From positions 1 to 64,000 of the forward strand of contig CBDBOV010000003.1 of the NCBI GenBank assembly GCA_965208575.1: a stretch of 64,000 nt of DNA, written 5' to 3'. The notes beneath the pieces are model-generated. The model was not told the origin of the DNA, did no database searches, and worked only from the letters and a program-made list of their open reading frames with translations. Position 1 is the first letter of the stretch. Each line of letters begins with the position of its first letter. A program made the translations under genes and the position numbers. Source of the stretch: Spirochaetia bacterium. GTDB taxonomy: Bacteria; Spirochaetota; Spirochaetia; SZUA-6; Bin103. This document shows positions 11,826-24,937 of the stretch, in pieces.

Positions 11826-11916
11826 AAGTTCCCCCCGGCCGCAATGCTACGCACATCCGCCGCCTCCGTCTACGTCCGCGACAGCCGCGCTCAGCCGCGC
11901 CGCGCTCCGGGCCGGG

Positions 11917-13464
11917 TCAGGGAAGCTTCCGGCAGAGGACGAGAATCTCCTTCGCACGGTCATCAAGCTCGTCGAGCCGCTGCTCCCACCGTCCCGCTCG
12001 AACCGGTCTCGTCCACACCACTTCCAAGCCGGCGTCGCTGCACAAGGTGGCTATCTCGCCCGCGGAGAAACGCCGGTCGCGCACGATCAATTCGGTTGGG
12101 AGATCCGATCCCCTGGTGAACTGCTCCTTCCGGTATACGACGTTGCTGTCCTCGTCCAGCATGTAGTAGTCGGCGTCGAAGATGTCCCCCGTGGCCTCCA
12201 TGATGTCGCTTGCTGGAAGCTGCAGGAGCCGGTCTGGTTCTTCCGCCATCGAGAACACCTGTCTGGCTCTGCTCCTGGTCAACGCAAGATTCATGACCGA
12301 AACCAGTGCAAGACCGCCCGGCTTCAGGTGGTGTGCAAGATTGATGAGTACCCGTGAGTTGGATTCCAAGTCGGCGTACGTGCCGACCACATCGTATACG
12401 CACACGGCAGCGTCGAACACTTCGTGTAGCTGTACGTCCCGACAATCGGCATTCACAAAGCGGGTACCCGGCACGCCCAGTTGCTGTGCCCTTGATTCGG
12501 CCGTTTCGACGAATTCCCCCACGTAGTCGACACCGGTAACCCGTACGCCCGCCGCCGCGAGTTCGATGGCGTGTCGGCCGGAGCCGCAGCCAAGATCAAG
12601 AACAGCCTGGCCGGGTTCGAGGCGGCAGTACTCGATGATTTCCTGGCTCTCTTTCGCGGTGTGGCGTGCCCAGCGGTGGTCGTGATCCAGCGTCATCCGT
12701 GCGTATGCCTGCCGGGTGATTTGGTCCGATGCCTCCAACATCGTGGCAATCTCCGTGGAACTCAGTTGGAGCTGATCCTGATCGGAGAAGGTAAACGCGA
12801 ACCACTCCCATCCTTCCGGCAGGGAGCCCAGCAACCACGGCTTGTCGTCCGAACTCGCTCGGGCAATCATCGCGCACAGGTCGGAGTGGTCCAGAAAGAA
12901 GTCGGTCCGGATACGAGACCGCCCGGGGCCAACGTCGACCTCCGTCCGTTCGTTGACGTACCCTACGTGCTCGCATCCGAGCTTGTGCAGCCTCCGGTTG
13001 CTTCTCTTGATGCGGGCCGGCCGACAGCGCCGTCGGGTGGCTTTTTCGAGTGCCCGTACCGCATAGGGGTTCGCCGTCACGAGGCCCCACGCGTAGTGGT
13101 TGGACATTCCCCAGATCGAGAACAACAGCCGCTTCCCCACGTGCCGGCGCCGGTATGATTCGTGGACGACGAGTTGTGTAACCCAGGAGACAACTCCGCA
13201 TCGAGGGGCTTTCATCTGGCCGGCAATGGCGTATCCGATCAATTCGGAGCCGGCCCGCGCCACGGCGATCCGGGAGTCGTCGGAGTCGAACCACCGCTTG
13301 AGACGCGCTGCCGACAGGCGTACGTGCGAGCCCGGCGAGCCCGGCGGGGGCGCCTGAGCGCTCCATGTGCCATAGTGGTTCGAGTAGAGCGCCGCGCACT
13401 CCTCCAGCAGACCGGGATCGGCGCGAGCGAAGCAGCCGGGAAACCAACCAAATTCCAGATTCAT
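11917..13464 (-). CDS. Fusion of an N-terminal GNAT-like domain and a C-terminal class I SAM-dependent methyltransferase
   Basis: WVTQLVVHESYRRRHVGKRLL (GNAT motif A); VLDLGCGSGRHA, GVDYV, FVNADCR; ATG 13464 chosen because the longer ORF overlaps cysQ. Confidence 0.8.
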   Translation of the reverse strand: MNLEFGWFPGCFARADPGLLEECAALYSNHYGTWSAQAPPPGSPGSHVRLSAARLKRWFDSDDSRIAVARAGSELIGYAIAGQMKAPRCGVVSWVTQLVVHESYRRRHVGKRLLFSIWGMSNHYAWGLVTANPYAVRALEKATRRRCRPARIKRSNRRLHKLGCEHVGYVNERTEVDVGPGRSRIRTDFFLDHSDLCAMIARASSDDKPWLLGSLPEGWEWFAFTFSDQDQLQLSSTEIATMLEASDQITRQAYARMTLDHDHRWARHTAKESQEIIEYCRLEPGQAVLDLGCGSGRHAIELAAAGVRVTGVDYVGEFVETAESRAQQLGVPGTRFVNADCRDVQLHEVFDAAVCVYDVVGTYADLESNSRVLINLAHHLKPGGLALVSVMNLALTRSRARQVFSMAEEPDRLLQLPASDIMEATGDIFDADYYMLDEDSNVVYRKEQFTRGSDLPTELIVRDRRFSAGEIATLCSDAGLEVVWTRPVRAGRWEQRLDELDDRAKEILVLCRKLP

Positions 13465-13681
13465 CGAGTCAACGAGGCACCACGCAGGCAGTTCATGCGG
13501 AGGGCAGTCGGACGGCACACAACCAGTCAGACGCCGGAGTCGTTCTTGACCCCATGCTAATCCGTTCCCGAGGCTCCGTAAACCGTCACCGCCATCGCGA
13601 TCGTGTGCTCGGTCGCCGAGCGGAGCGCTGCTGTGGCCGGGGCCACCGGTAGCCGTGTCGCGCCGGGCGCACAAACCGGAT

Positions 13682-14542
13682 ATGGTGAGGAGCGTGGGTG
13701 GCGGTACGGTGCGGCTCCTGGAGTGCGCGATGCGGGCGGCGGTGCGCGGCGGTGCGGTGGTGCTGCAGCACCGGCGCGGATCGTTGGCCGTGCGGCGCAA
13801 GGCGGATGACACGCCGGTGACGCAGGCCGACGAGGCGGCGCAGACGGCGCTCGAAGAAGTGCTGTCGAAGGCCGCGCCGGAGATTCGGGTGGTGAGCGAG
13901 GAGGGCCACATCGCGGCCGCCGCGGTGCGCCGTTCGTGGCGGCGGCTGTGGCTGGTGGACCCGCTGGACGGCACCAAGGAGTACATCCGCGGCGGCAACG
14001 AGTTCTCGGTGAACGTCGCTCTGTGCGAGGCGGGCGTGCCGTGGCTGGGGGTGATCTACGCGCCGGTGCGCGACCACCTCTACTATGGTGCCGTGGGGTG
14101 GGGGGCGTACCGGTTGCGAGACGCGAGCAGTCGCGCACTTGCAGCGGGCAGCGGAAGCAAGCTGGATCCGGGTGGGCCGGCGGCGCGGCGGGTACCGGTG
14201 GTCGTTGCCAGCACCAGCCATTTCGCGGCCAACACCGAACGCCTGGTCGGCCGGCTGCGCGCAGCCCACGGCGGGCTCACCATCAAACGCCTGTCCAGCG
14301 CGATCAAGCTGGCCATGCTCGCCGCCGGGGACGCGGACTACTACCCGCGCTTCGGCCCCACCATGGAGTGGGACACCGCCGCCGGCGACGCCCTGCTGCG
14401 CACCGTCGGCGGCAGCATCGTGCAGGCGCGCACCGGCCGCCCCCTCCGCTACAACAAGCACGACCTCCACAACCCGCCCTTCCTCGCCATCGGCCCCGGC
14501 TGGCCGCTACCCGCCGGCCTCCTGCGCCCGACCGGAGTGTAG
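13682..14542 (+). CDS. cysQ: 3'(2'),5'-bisphosphate nucleotidase CysQ (inositol monophosphatase superfamily)
   Basis: KADDTPVTQAD, VSEE, WLVDPLDGTKEY, YPRFGPTMEWDTAAG, PLRYNK. Confidence 0.92.
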   Translation: MVRSVGGGTVRLLECAMRAAVRGGAVVLQHRRGSLAVRRKADDTPVTQADEAAQTALEEVLSKAAPEIRVVSEEGHIAAAAVRRSWRRLWLVDPLDGTKEYIRGGNEFSVNVALCEAGVPWLGVIYAPVRDHLYYGAVGWGAYRLRDASSRALAAGSGSKLDPGGPAARRVPVVVASTSHFAANTERLVGRLRAAHGGLTIKRLSSAIKLAMLAAGDADYYPRFGPTMEWDTAAGDALLRTVGGSIVQARTGRPLRYNKHDLHNPPFLAIGPGWPLPAGLLRPTGV

Positions 14543-14937
14543 CCGCAACTGCCGCGTTATCGCGTGTGGAGGCGCATGGTCTTTGCCGGCGAGTCGCTCC
14601 CCGTTCGGGCCACCATCGTCTACGCATGGGCAGCGGACGAAGTCAGTGCCTTCGGGGTGTCCGGGAACACGCCGCGCAGGCGGGTGCCGCAACCTGCCGG
14701 AGCCGGCGGCAGGCAGAGTGGCGGTCAGAAGTTCATCGTATCATCACTTAGTTCATCGAAACCGATATCGAATGGGACTCAACGGGTTTCTATACTGGAC
14801 GCTATGTGAAGCTTCGGATCGTTGTCCCCGAGTCCTCCGGTCCTTCGAACTCGGACTCAACGGCGACTTCAATGCTGTGGTGGTGGTGACCAGACTCGCC
14901 CGCGCTGCTTGATCTGTCCTGCAGCAGGGTTGAACCG

Positions 14938-17274
14938 ATGAACGAACACGATCAGTTGACGCAACAGTCCATTGCGCTGTACGAACGCATCTCGCAACTC
15001 AACGCCGCCATGCTCCGCATCACCGCGAGCCTCGATGTGGGCACCGTGCTGCGCGAGACGGTGGAGAGCGCCCGCACGCTCACCACCGCGCGCTACGGTA
15101 CCATTACCGTGGTGGATGCCGCCGGGTCGATTGAGGACTTGGCCCATTCGGGTTTCGCGCCTGAGGAGTTTCACAGACTCCTGAAATGGCCCGATGGAAC
15201 GCGGTTCTTCGAGCACCTGCGAGATCTCGACGGTCCGATGCGGATGAGCGACCTGCTCGCCTACGTGCGCTCGCTCGGTTTCTCCTCCGAGCCGCTGCTG
15301 TCGAAGACGTTCCAGGTTACCCCGATACGTCACCGCGGCATGCATGTCGGTAATATCTTCCTCGCCGAGAAGGAGGACGGACAGGAGTTCACGACCGCGG
15401 ACGAAGCGATCCTGGAATTGTTCGCCACGCTGGCGGCGGCGGCGATCGCCAACGCCCGCACGCACCGCGAGGAGCAGCGTGAGCGCGCGGCTATCGCAGC
15501 CCTGATCGAGACCTTGCCGGTCGGGGTCATGGTGTTCGAGGCGAGGACCGGCACGCCGGTCTCGTTCAACCGGGAGGCGTCGCGGATCGTGGAGGCTCTT
15601 TGGATGCCGGGGCAACCATCCGAGAAGTTGCTCGGCTCAATCACCTGCCGGCGCGCCGACGGACGCGGGTTCGCGCTTGATCAGGTCGCGCGCGCGCATG
15701 AGTTGCGCACTGCAACGACGGTACGCGCCGAGGAGATCGTGCTCTCGGTTCCCGGCGGGCGCAGCATCCGAACGCTTGCCAACGCGGCCCCGATCCACTC
15801 CGCGAACGGCGAGGTCGAGACGGTGGTGGTCACCATGCAGGATCTCGCTCCACTTGAAGATCTTGAGCGGCTGCGCGCGGAGTTTCTGAGCATGGTGAGT
15901 CACGAGCTGCGCACGCCGCTGACGTCGATCAAGGGCTCCGCCTCAACGGTGTTGGATTCGGCCCGCGGAGTGGATCCGGAGGTGCTGCAGTTCTTCCGCA
16001 TCATCAACGACCAGGCCAACCTCATGGACAGCCTGATCAGCGACCTGCTCGATGCAGGCCGGATCGACGCGCGCACGCTCTCGGTCGCGCCCGAGCCCAC
16101 GGTGCTCGCGACGCTCGTGGAACAGGCGCGAACCACCTTCCTTTCCGGCGGCGGCCGGCACGCCGTGGTGATCGATCTTTCCACGGAGCTCCCGAAGGTG
16201 ATGGCCGATCGGCGGCGCGTCGTCCAGGTTCTCAACAACCTGCTGTCCAACGCCGCCCGGCACTCGCCCACGTCCTTTCCCATCCGGGTGTCCGCCGAGC
16301 GCGACGCGGTGTTCGTCGCGGTGGCGATCTCCGACCAGGGCCGCGGCGTCGCACCGGAGCTGCTGCCGCGTCTGTTCCAGAAGCACACCGTCGGCGACGA
16401 CGGACTGTCGCGGACCGGCCTCGGACTCGCCATTTGCAAGGGGTTGGTGGAGGCCCACGGTGGGCGCATCCGGGCCGAGAGTGACGGGCCGGGCCGGGGC
16501 ACGCGAGTCACCTTCACCATCCCGATTGCCGACGAGGGCAGCGCCGCGCCGGCGAGCGCTTCCAACCGCCCCGGAGCAACCTGCCCCCCTCGCGAGCCGG
16601 CACCGATCGTCGTGGTGGACGACGACCCTCATACGCTGCGCTTCGTTCGTGACGCCCTCAAGGGAGCGGGCTACGCCTCCGTGGTGACCGGCGATCCCGC
16701 GGAACTCTCGCGCATCATCGCGGCCGATGATCCGCAGTTGGTGCTGCTCGACCTGATGTTGCCCGGAACCAACGGGCTCAAACTGCTGGAGAGCGTCCCC
16801 GAGCTCTCCGAACTCCCGGTCATCTTCATGTCCGGCTACGAACGGGGCGAGACTGTCGCACGGGCGCTGGAGCTCGGCGCATCCGACTACATCGTCAAGC
16901 CGTTCTCGGCGTCGGAGCTGACCGCGCGGGTCGGCGCCGCGCTTCGCAAGCGGGCCGAGGCCGAGCCGTTCGTGCTCGGAGACCTCGTCATTCGCTACGA
17001 GGACCACCACGTGACCGTTGCCGGGCGCACGGTGCGGCTGACGGCCACCGAGTACGAACTGCTGCGGTTGCTCGCGGTCAACGCCGGACGGACATTGAGC
17101 TACGAGTCGCTGCTGCGCCGGATCTGGCGCGGGCGGGGCGATCCCGACGTGCAGCGCCTGCGCACGTTCGTGAGGACGCTGCGCCGCAAGCTCGGCGATG
17201 ATGCAACCACCCCCGCCTGGGTCATCAACGAGCGCGGCGTCGGCTACCGCATGCCGCGGCCGGGCCGGGCCTGA
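14938..17274 (+). CDS. Soluble hybrid kinase/regulator: GAF-PAS-HisKA-HATPase-REC-OmpR wHTH
   Basis: SHELRTPLTSI, QVLNNLLSNA, DQGRG, GLGLAI; REC VVDDD/LLDLMLP/KPF; LTATEYELL...NERGVGYR. Confidence 0.9.
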   Translation: MNEHDQLTQQSIALYERISQLNAAMLRITASLDVGTVLRETVESARTLTTARYGTITVVDAAGSIEDLAHSGFAPEEFHRLLKWPDGTRFFEHLRDLDGPMRMSDLLAYVRSLGFSSEPLLSKTFQVTPIRHRGMHVGNIFLAEKEDGQEFTTADEAILELFATLAAAAIANARTHREEQRERAAIAALIETLPVGVMVFEARTGTPVSFNREASRIVEALWMPGQPSEKLLGSITCRRADGRGFALDQVARAHELRTATTVRAEEIVLSVPGGRSIRTLANAAPIHSANGEVETVVVTMQDLAPLEDLERLRAEFLSMVSHELRTPLTSIKGSASTVLDSARGVDPEVLQFFRIINDQANLMDSLISDLLDAGRIDARTLSVAPEPTVLATLVEQARTTFLSGGGRHAVVIDLSTELPKVMADRRRVVQVLNNLLSNAARHSPTSFPIRVSAERDAVFVAVAISDQGRGVAPELLPRLFQKHTVGDDGLSRTGLGLAICKGLVEAHGGRIRAESDGPGRGTRVTFTIPIADEGSAAPASASNRPGATCPPREPAPIVVVDDDPHTLRFVRDALKGAGYASVVTGDPAELSRIIAADDPQLVLLDLMLPGTNGLKLLESVPELSELPVIFMSGYERGETVARALELGASDYIVKPFSASELTARVGAALRKRAEAEPFVLGDLVIRYEDHHVTVAGRTVRLTATEYELLRLLAVNAGRTLSYESLLRRIWRGRGDPDVQRLRTFVRTLRRKLGDDATTPAWVINERGVGYRMPRPGRA

Positions 17275-17298
17275 CGGCCGCGCGTCGGGAACTACCGG

Positions 17299-20250
<2,952 letters not shown>

Positions 20251-20317
20251 GATGCCCCAAACCGAGCCGGCTGACCGTACCGCCTCCGGGCTCGGTGAGC
20301 GGCATGCGCCCCGCGCA

Positions 20318-21868
20318 CTACTCCGCCGGCGGAAAATTGAGCGGTATGGCAAGATCGGCTTCCGCTTCGCGGTACACGCGGCCGGTACCATACTGCTCGC
20401 CGTGCCCGGTCATGCGTACCCGAAAGATCTCGTTGCCGGTGGGGTCCACCTCGCTCACCGCGATGGTCGGGCCGTTGTTGCCCCAGGTGATCAGCCAGTT
20501 GCCGTTCGTCATGGCGGTCACTCCACCCCCGGAGATGGCAAAGCCGTCCCCCTCCGGCAGCCGGTACTCGCGCACGAAGCGCGCCTCCGTACCGGAAGAG
20601 ATGTCGTACTCCACGATGCGGCTCACCGGCGGCAGATCCTTGCGCGGCCCCAGGCAGTGGTTGCCGTTGTCGAACATCAGTACCGACCCGGCCGGCGTTG
20701 CGGTCACGTGGTGCTGGCCGCAAAACTCGCCCAGCGGATCATTCTCGGCCACCGGCAGGTATCGCGCGGCGCCCACGGAGGACATCGGGCGGTCCGCGCG
20801 CAGCGGCAGTGTGCCTCCCATCTGCCACACCACGGCGCCGGTAGCGCGCTCGATGCGCAGCACCTGCGCACAGCCCCGCAGGCCCGCCACGATGTCGCCT
20901 TCCAGCTCGTGCAGCGAGTTCAGGTGCGCGTAGTCGTCCGGGAAGCGGTGGATCGTGCAGTCCGCGATCTTGACGTGGTACCAGGAGTTCCAGCGGAACA
21001 CTTCGCCGCCGCCGGGGGTCACCTCCTGAATGACCGAGTCGCCGGCCGGTTCCCTGGACGTGCACGGTCGGGACGAACCGTCCTCGTCAGGGCAGGTGAA
21101 GCCGCTGAGGTCGCGCTCCGCCGGATAGTAGGACATTTGCAGGTAGGTACCGTTCTCGGTGATCAGAAAGTCGTGGCCGCCGGTGTGTTCGGGCAGTAGC
21201 GGGGCGACCAGGGTGGCGGTGTCGATACGCTCGAAGGCGGCAGACAGGATCACCGTGCGTTCGGTCCCCGCGGCGTCGCGTTCGGAGAAGGAGTAGCGGC
21301 CGTCGGCGTAACGCCGGAAGTTGCGCGCACGCACGTCGGGCCGCATCACCCAGCGCGGCACGCCGTTGTTGTCCACGATGGCCAGGAACGACTTGTCGGA
21401 GCGGCGCACGCTCGGCGTCATCAACAGCAGGCCGTCCGACACCGCGGCGGTGCGCGTTTCGATGGTGATGTCGGGAAAGTCGGGAGGAATACAATGCAGG
21501 TAGTAGGTGGTGGTGGTGCGGCGCCGGTGGCTGACCTCGATAGCCAAGTCATGGCCGCTGTTCACCGTCATGGCATCCTCCACGGAACCGGTGGCGGTGC
21601 GGGCGTTGTGCAGCAGGCGCACCGTGGCGTCCTCCTGTTCGGCCTGCGCGGTCACCTGCAGGGTGGTGCCGTCGGCGCAGCGCACCGAGTAGTGCAGCAC
21701 GTCGGCATCGAACGACGGGTACATTCCCTCGCCGCCGGTCACCTGCAGCGCGCTCAACCGAGCGAGGTCGGCCCGCGCGTCGCCCCCCGGCACCTGGCAA
21801 CCGGCGAGCAACAGCGACACGCACACGGCACCGAGCGCTGCCGAACCGTGGCGCCAACGGGCGCTCAT
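20318..21868 (-). CDS. Arylsulfotransferase (ASST)-family lipoprotein
   Basis: LLAGC lipobox; GGHDF, WNSW, YAHLNSL, GLRG, FCGQH, FDNGN; ATGA overlap with the upstream gene. Confidence 0.85.
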   Translation of the reverse strand: MSARWRHGSAALGAVCVSLLLAGCQVPGGDARADLARLSALQVTGGEGMYPSFDADVLHYSVRCADGTTLQVTAQAEQEDATVRLLHNARTATGSVEDAMTVNSGHDLAIEVSHRRRTTTTYYLHCIPPDFPDITIETRTAAVSDGLLLMTPSVRRSDKSFLAIVDNNGVPRWVMRPDVRARNFRRYADGRYSFSERDAAGTERTVILSAAFERIDTATLVAPLLPEHTGGHDFLITENGTYLQMSYYPAERDLSGFTCPDEDGSSRPCTSREPAGDSVIQEVTPGGGEVFRWNSWYHVKIADCTIHRFPDDYAHLNSLHELEGDIVAGLRGCAQVLRIERATGAVVWQMGGTLPLRADRPMSSVGAARYLPVAENDPLGEFCGQHHVTATPAGSVLMFDNGNHCLGPRKDLPPVSRIVEYDISSGTEARFVREYRLPEGDGFAISGGGVTAMTNGNWLITWGNNGPTIAVSEVDPTGNEIFRVRMTGHGEQYGTGRVYREAEADLAIPLNFPPAE

Positions 21869-22470
21869 CGGCAGTAATACCCAAACGGATCGTCCGGCGT
21901 TGGCGGACACTGCGCGTTGGCGAGTTCGACGGTGAGTTCGTAGGGGCCGGTCGAGCCGTTCTCTCCTGTCACGCGGATGTAGTAAGTGCCCGTGGAGAGG
22001 CTCCCCTCCCAGAGGAAGTTGTTCGACGCCGCCATGGTGTTGAACTTCCACGAGCGGTCCGGATTCGGCGTGTCGATGTTCGCATCGGCCCCCCATACGC
22101 AAGGGGCCTCAGCCTCGTGCCGTTCTCCCCGGCACTCGGTAGTGATCGGGATACGGTCCTGGTCTTCCACCTGCCCCGCGGTGTCCGTGGCGCCGGTGGT
22201 CATCACCACGACGGTATTGAAGTCGTTTGCGAGGACCAACTCGAAGTAGTCGATGTCCTCCGCTCCGTCGATGCTGCCTTCGGCTCTATAGTCGGGGCCC
22301 GTCGCGGCATCCGGAGAGATCACCAGGGGAGTCGGCGTGAACTTCAAGGTCGCACTGCTGCAGCCGATCAACAGCGGGATGATTCCGAGCGCCAATCCCG
22401 CCGCAAACAACAGTTTTTCCAGGGTGCCATCGAATAGTGGTGGTCGTGCCGTCGCGCGGTTGCCTGACAT
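21865..22470 (-). CDS. Lipoprotein with PPC-like (pre-peptidase C-terminal) domain
   Basis: LLIGC lipobox; GSIDGAEDIDYF, TTGATDTAG, LSTGTYYIRVTG...TGPYEL. Confidence 0.7.
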   Translation of the reverse strand: MSGNRATARPPLFDGTLEKLLFAAGLALGIIPLLIGCSSATLKFTPTPLVISPDAATGPDYRAEGSIDGAEDIDYFELVLANDFNTVVVMTTGATDTAGQVEDQDRIPITTECRGERHEAEAPCVWGADANIDTPNPDRSWKFNTMAASNNFLWEGSLSTGTYYIRVTGENGSTGPYELTVELANAQCPPTPDDPFGYYCR

Positions 22471-22480
22471 GATGTCTAGT

Positions 22481-24620
22481 TTAGACACCGCAGAAACACT
22501 CTTCGATATCGGTTTTGATAAAGACTGCGATGTTTTGATGAACTTCGGTGCCGCTTTTTGGAGGTCGGGCACTACCAGTTACGGCAGGTTCAGCGAGTAA
22601 ACATCTTCCTCTCCCGATTGCGGTTCGAGTTCCTCTATCCCGAGGTTTGAGAGGCCGTTCTTGTAACTGTTTCCTATTACAGGAATTAGCGTGTTCATGG
22701 GTGTAAATCGTGTCCATGTAAATAGTCCTGTGGTTCAGCGTTAATTTTCTCTCATCTGGTTGACATGTAATTATTAAATGATCTACCATTCCCTCCGTAG
22801 GGTGCCCATGTACATCGACACCGTCCCCAACCGCAACTCTCCCCCAGCCGTCCTCCTCCGCGAGTCCTTCCGCCAGCACGGCAAGGTCAAAAAACGCACC
22901 ATCGCCAACCTCTCCAAGTGGCCCGATCACCTCGTCGAGGGTTTGCGCGTCCTCCTCAACGGCGGTATCGCTCTGCGCTCTCCCAACGAACTGCTCTCCA
23001 TCTTGCGCAGCTATCCCCACGGCCACGTCGCCGCCGTCCTCGGTTCCCTCCGCAAGCTCTCCCTCCATTCCCTCGTCGCTCGTCCCGCCTCCCGTGAACG
23101 CGACCTGGTCGTCGCCATGATCGTCGCTCGCGTCGTCGACGCTCGCTCCAAACTCGCCACCGCTCGCGGCCTCAACCCCGAAAGCGCCGTCTCCTCCCTC
23201 GGCCACCTGCTGCAGTTGGGAGCCGTCGACGAGAATGAGCTGTATGCCGCCATGGATTGGCTGCTCGCTCGCCAGCACGGCATCGAGCAGCGCTTGGCCA
23301 AGCGCCATCTGCATGACAACACGCTCATGTTGTACGACCTGACTTCCAGTTACTTCCATGGCCACACCTGCCCGTTGGCGCGCCGTGGTCACAGCCGCGA
23401 CGGCAAACGCGGCACCTTGCAGATCGTGTTCGGCCTGCTGTGTACCGCAGACGGCTGTCCCATCGCCGTCGAGGTATTCGAGGGCTCCACCAGTGACCCC
23501 AAGACGGTCGCCGCTCAGGTCGACAAGATTCGCAACCGTTTCGGCTTGCAGCGCGTCGTGCTGGTCGGCGACCGCGGCATGCTCACCGGCGCGCGCATCC
23601 GCGAGGACCTGCAGGGGATCGACGGCCTGCGCTGGATCACGACCCTGCGGGCGCCCACCATCCGCAAGCTGATCGAGGCCGGCGAAGTGGCGCAGACCAT
23701 GTTCGACGAGCGTGACCTGGCGGAGATCAGCTCACCCGAGTTCCCCGGCGAGCGGCTGATCGTGTGCCGCAACCCGATCCTGGCCGAGCAACGGCAGCGC
23801 AAGAGGCAGAAGTTGCTGGCCTCCACGGAGGAGGAACTGACGCCGATCGTGACGGCCACGCAGCGCGCCAAAAAGCCGCTGCGCGGCGCCGCCGCGATCG
23901 GCCTGCGGGTGGGCAAGGTGATCAACCACTACAAGGTGGGCAAGCATTTCACCACCACCATCACCGACGACTCGTTCTCGTTCGTGCGTGACCTGGACAA
24001 GATCGCGGCCGAGGAAGAACTGGACGGGCTCTACATCGTGCGCTCCAACGTGGAGCCGGAGCTGTTCGACGCCGAGCAGACGGTGACGGCGTACAAGGAT
24101 CTGGCCAAGGTGGAGCGCGCCTTCCGCAGCATGAAAACGGTGGATCTGAAGGTGCGACCGATCTATCACCGCAGTGCTGACCGGGTGCGGGCGCACGTGT
24201 TCCTGTGCATGCTGGCCTACTACGTGGAGTGGCACATGCGCAGCAAGCTGGCGCCGGTGCTGTTCGACGACCACGACCGCGCCGCCGGCGAGGCGCTGCG
24301 CGAGTCGGTGGTGCAACCGGCGGAACGCTCACCGGCCGCACACCGGAAGGCGGCGAGCAAGCGTACCGACGACGGTCTGCCGGTGCACAGCTTTCGCAGC
24401 CTGATGAGCGAGTTGGGGACGCTGACGGCCAACCGCGTGCGGATAGTGGATAGCGGCGCCACGTTCACCATGCACAGCGAACCGACCGCGCTGCAGCAGC
24501 GCTGTTTCGATCTCCTGGAGGTCAGCGCCCAAGTGTAGCCAGTAACGGACATCGGCTGTTGAGCGCAATTTTCAGATCAATAACGAATTAACAAGATTCC
24601 CGCTCTGGAACTTCGGTCTA
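22481..24620 (+). mobile_element. IS1634-family insertion sequence (left end uncertain)
   Basis: Contains the transposase; AT-rich flanks; right end GGAACTTCGGTCTA abuts a truncated ATPase fragment; no target duplication found. Confidence 0.65.
22808..24538 (+). CDS. IS1634-family DDE transposase
   Basis: VPNRNSPPAVLLRES, YDLTSSYF, GHSRDGK, VGDRGM, VERAFRSMK..DL.VRPIYH, RVRAHVFLCMLAYY. Confidence 0.93.
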   Translation: MYIDTVPNRNSPPAVLLRESFRQHGKVKKRTIANLSKWPDHLVEGLRVLLNGGIALRSPNELLSILRSYPHGHVAAVLGSLRKLSLHSLVARPASRERDLVVAMIVARVVDARSKLATARGLNPESAVSSLGHLLQLGAVDENELYAAMDWLLARQHGIEQRLAKRHLHDNTLMLYDLTSSYFHGHTCPLARRGHSRDGKRGTLQIVFGLLCTADGCPIAVEVFEGSTSDPKTVAAQVDKIRNRFGLQRVVLVGDRGMLTGARIREDLQGIDGLRWITTLRAPTIRKLIEAGEVAQTMFDERDLAEISSPEFPGERLIVCRNPILAEQRQRKRQKLLASTEEELTPIVTATQRAKKPLRGAAAIGLRVGKVINHYKVGKHFTTTITDDSFSFVRDLDKIAAEEELDGLYIVRSNVEPELFDAEQTVTAYKDLAKVERAFRSMKTVDLKVRPIYHRSADRVRAHVFLCMLAYYVEWHMRSKLAPVLFDDHDRAAGEALRESVVQPAERSPAAHRKAASKRTDDGLPVHSFRSLMSELGTLTANRVRIVDSGATFTMHSEPTALQQRCFDLLEVSAQV

Positions 24621-24790
24621 TCGCCTCGTCGACGATCTCAAGGCGGTTCTGTACCGGTGCAAACCTGAGCCGGTACCTCAACGGCCTGCCAGTCGGCGTG
24701 TTTTCTCCCAATTGGACGTCAACTTCCGCATGGTTCAGAGGGCCGCTCCCTCTCCACAACCGCTCGTTGGGCAAGCCGCCGTCCCGCTTA
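24621..24790 (-). pseudogene. Internal fragment of an AAA/SMC-like ATPase, truncated by the IS
   Basis: RDGG...LWRG...PLRYRLRFAPVQNRLEIVDEAI resembles the post-Walker-A segment of AAA_21 ATPases; it ends at the IS boundary. Confidence 0.5.
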
Positions 24791-24937
24791 TGGTCCTCAC
24801 CTCCAATCTCCTTGTGCGCTATGCTCTATGACCCGGGTCAACGGCTCAAACGTGCCTGGTAGGCGCGCTGGGTGGTGGCGTACGTCTCGGGGGGTGCCGA
24901 GGTCGTACCGGGTCGCCGGCGGCGAGCGGAATGGCGG

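Noticed and set aside
11826-11916. glmS ribozyme upstream of glmS
   Set aside because: The intergenic region is only about 90 bp and shows no recognisable ribozyme core.
3816-12119. Very long alternative-frame and antisense ORFs (871, 647, 847, 1245 aa), and similar ORFs over the SBP genes
   Set aside because: Shadow ORFs expected from high-GC codon bias; Arg/Ala/Gly-rich with no domain motifs.
14564-14912. Short ORFs between cysQ and the hybrid kinase
   Set aside because: No recognisable motifs, RBS or coding bias.
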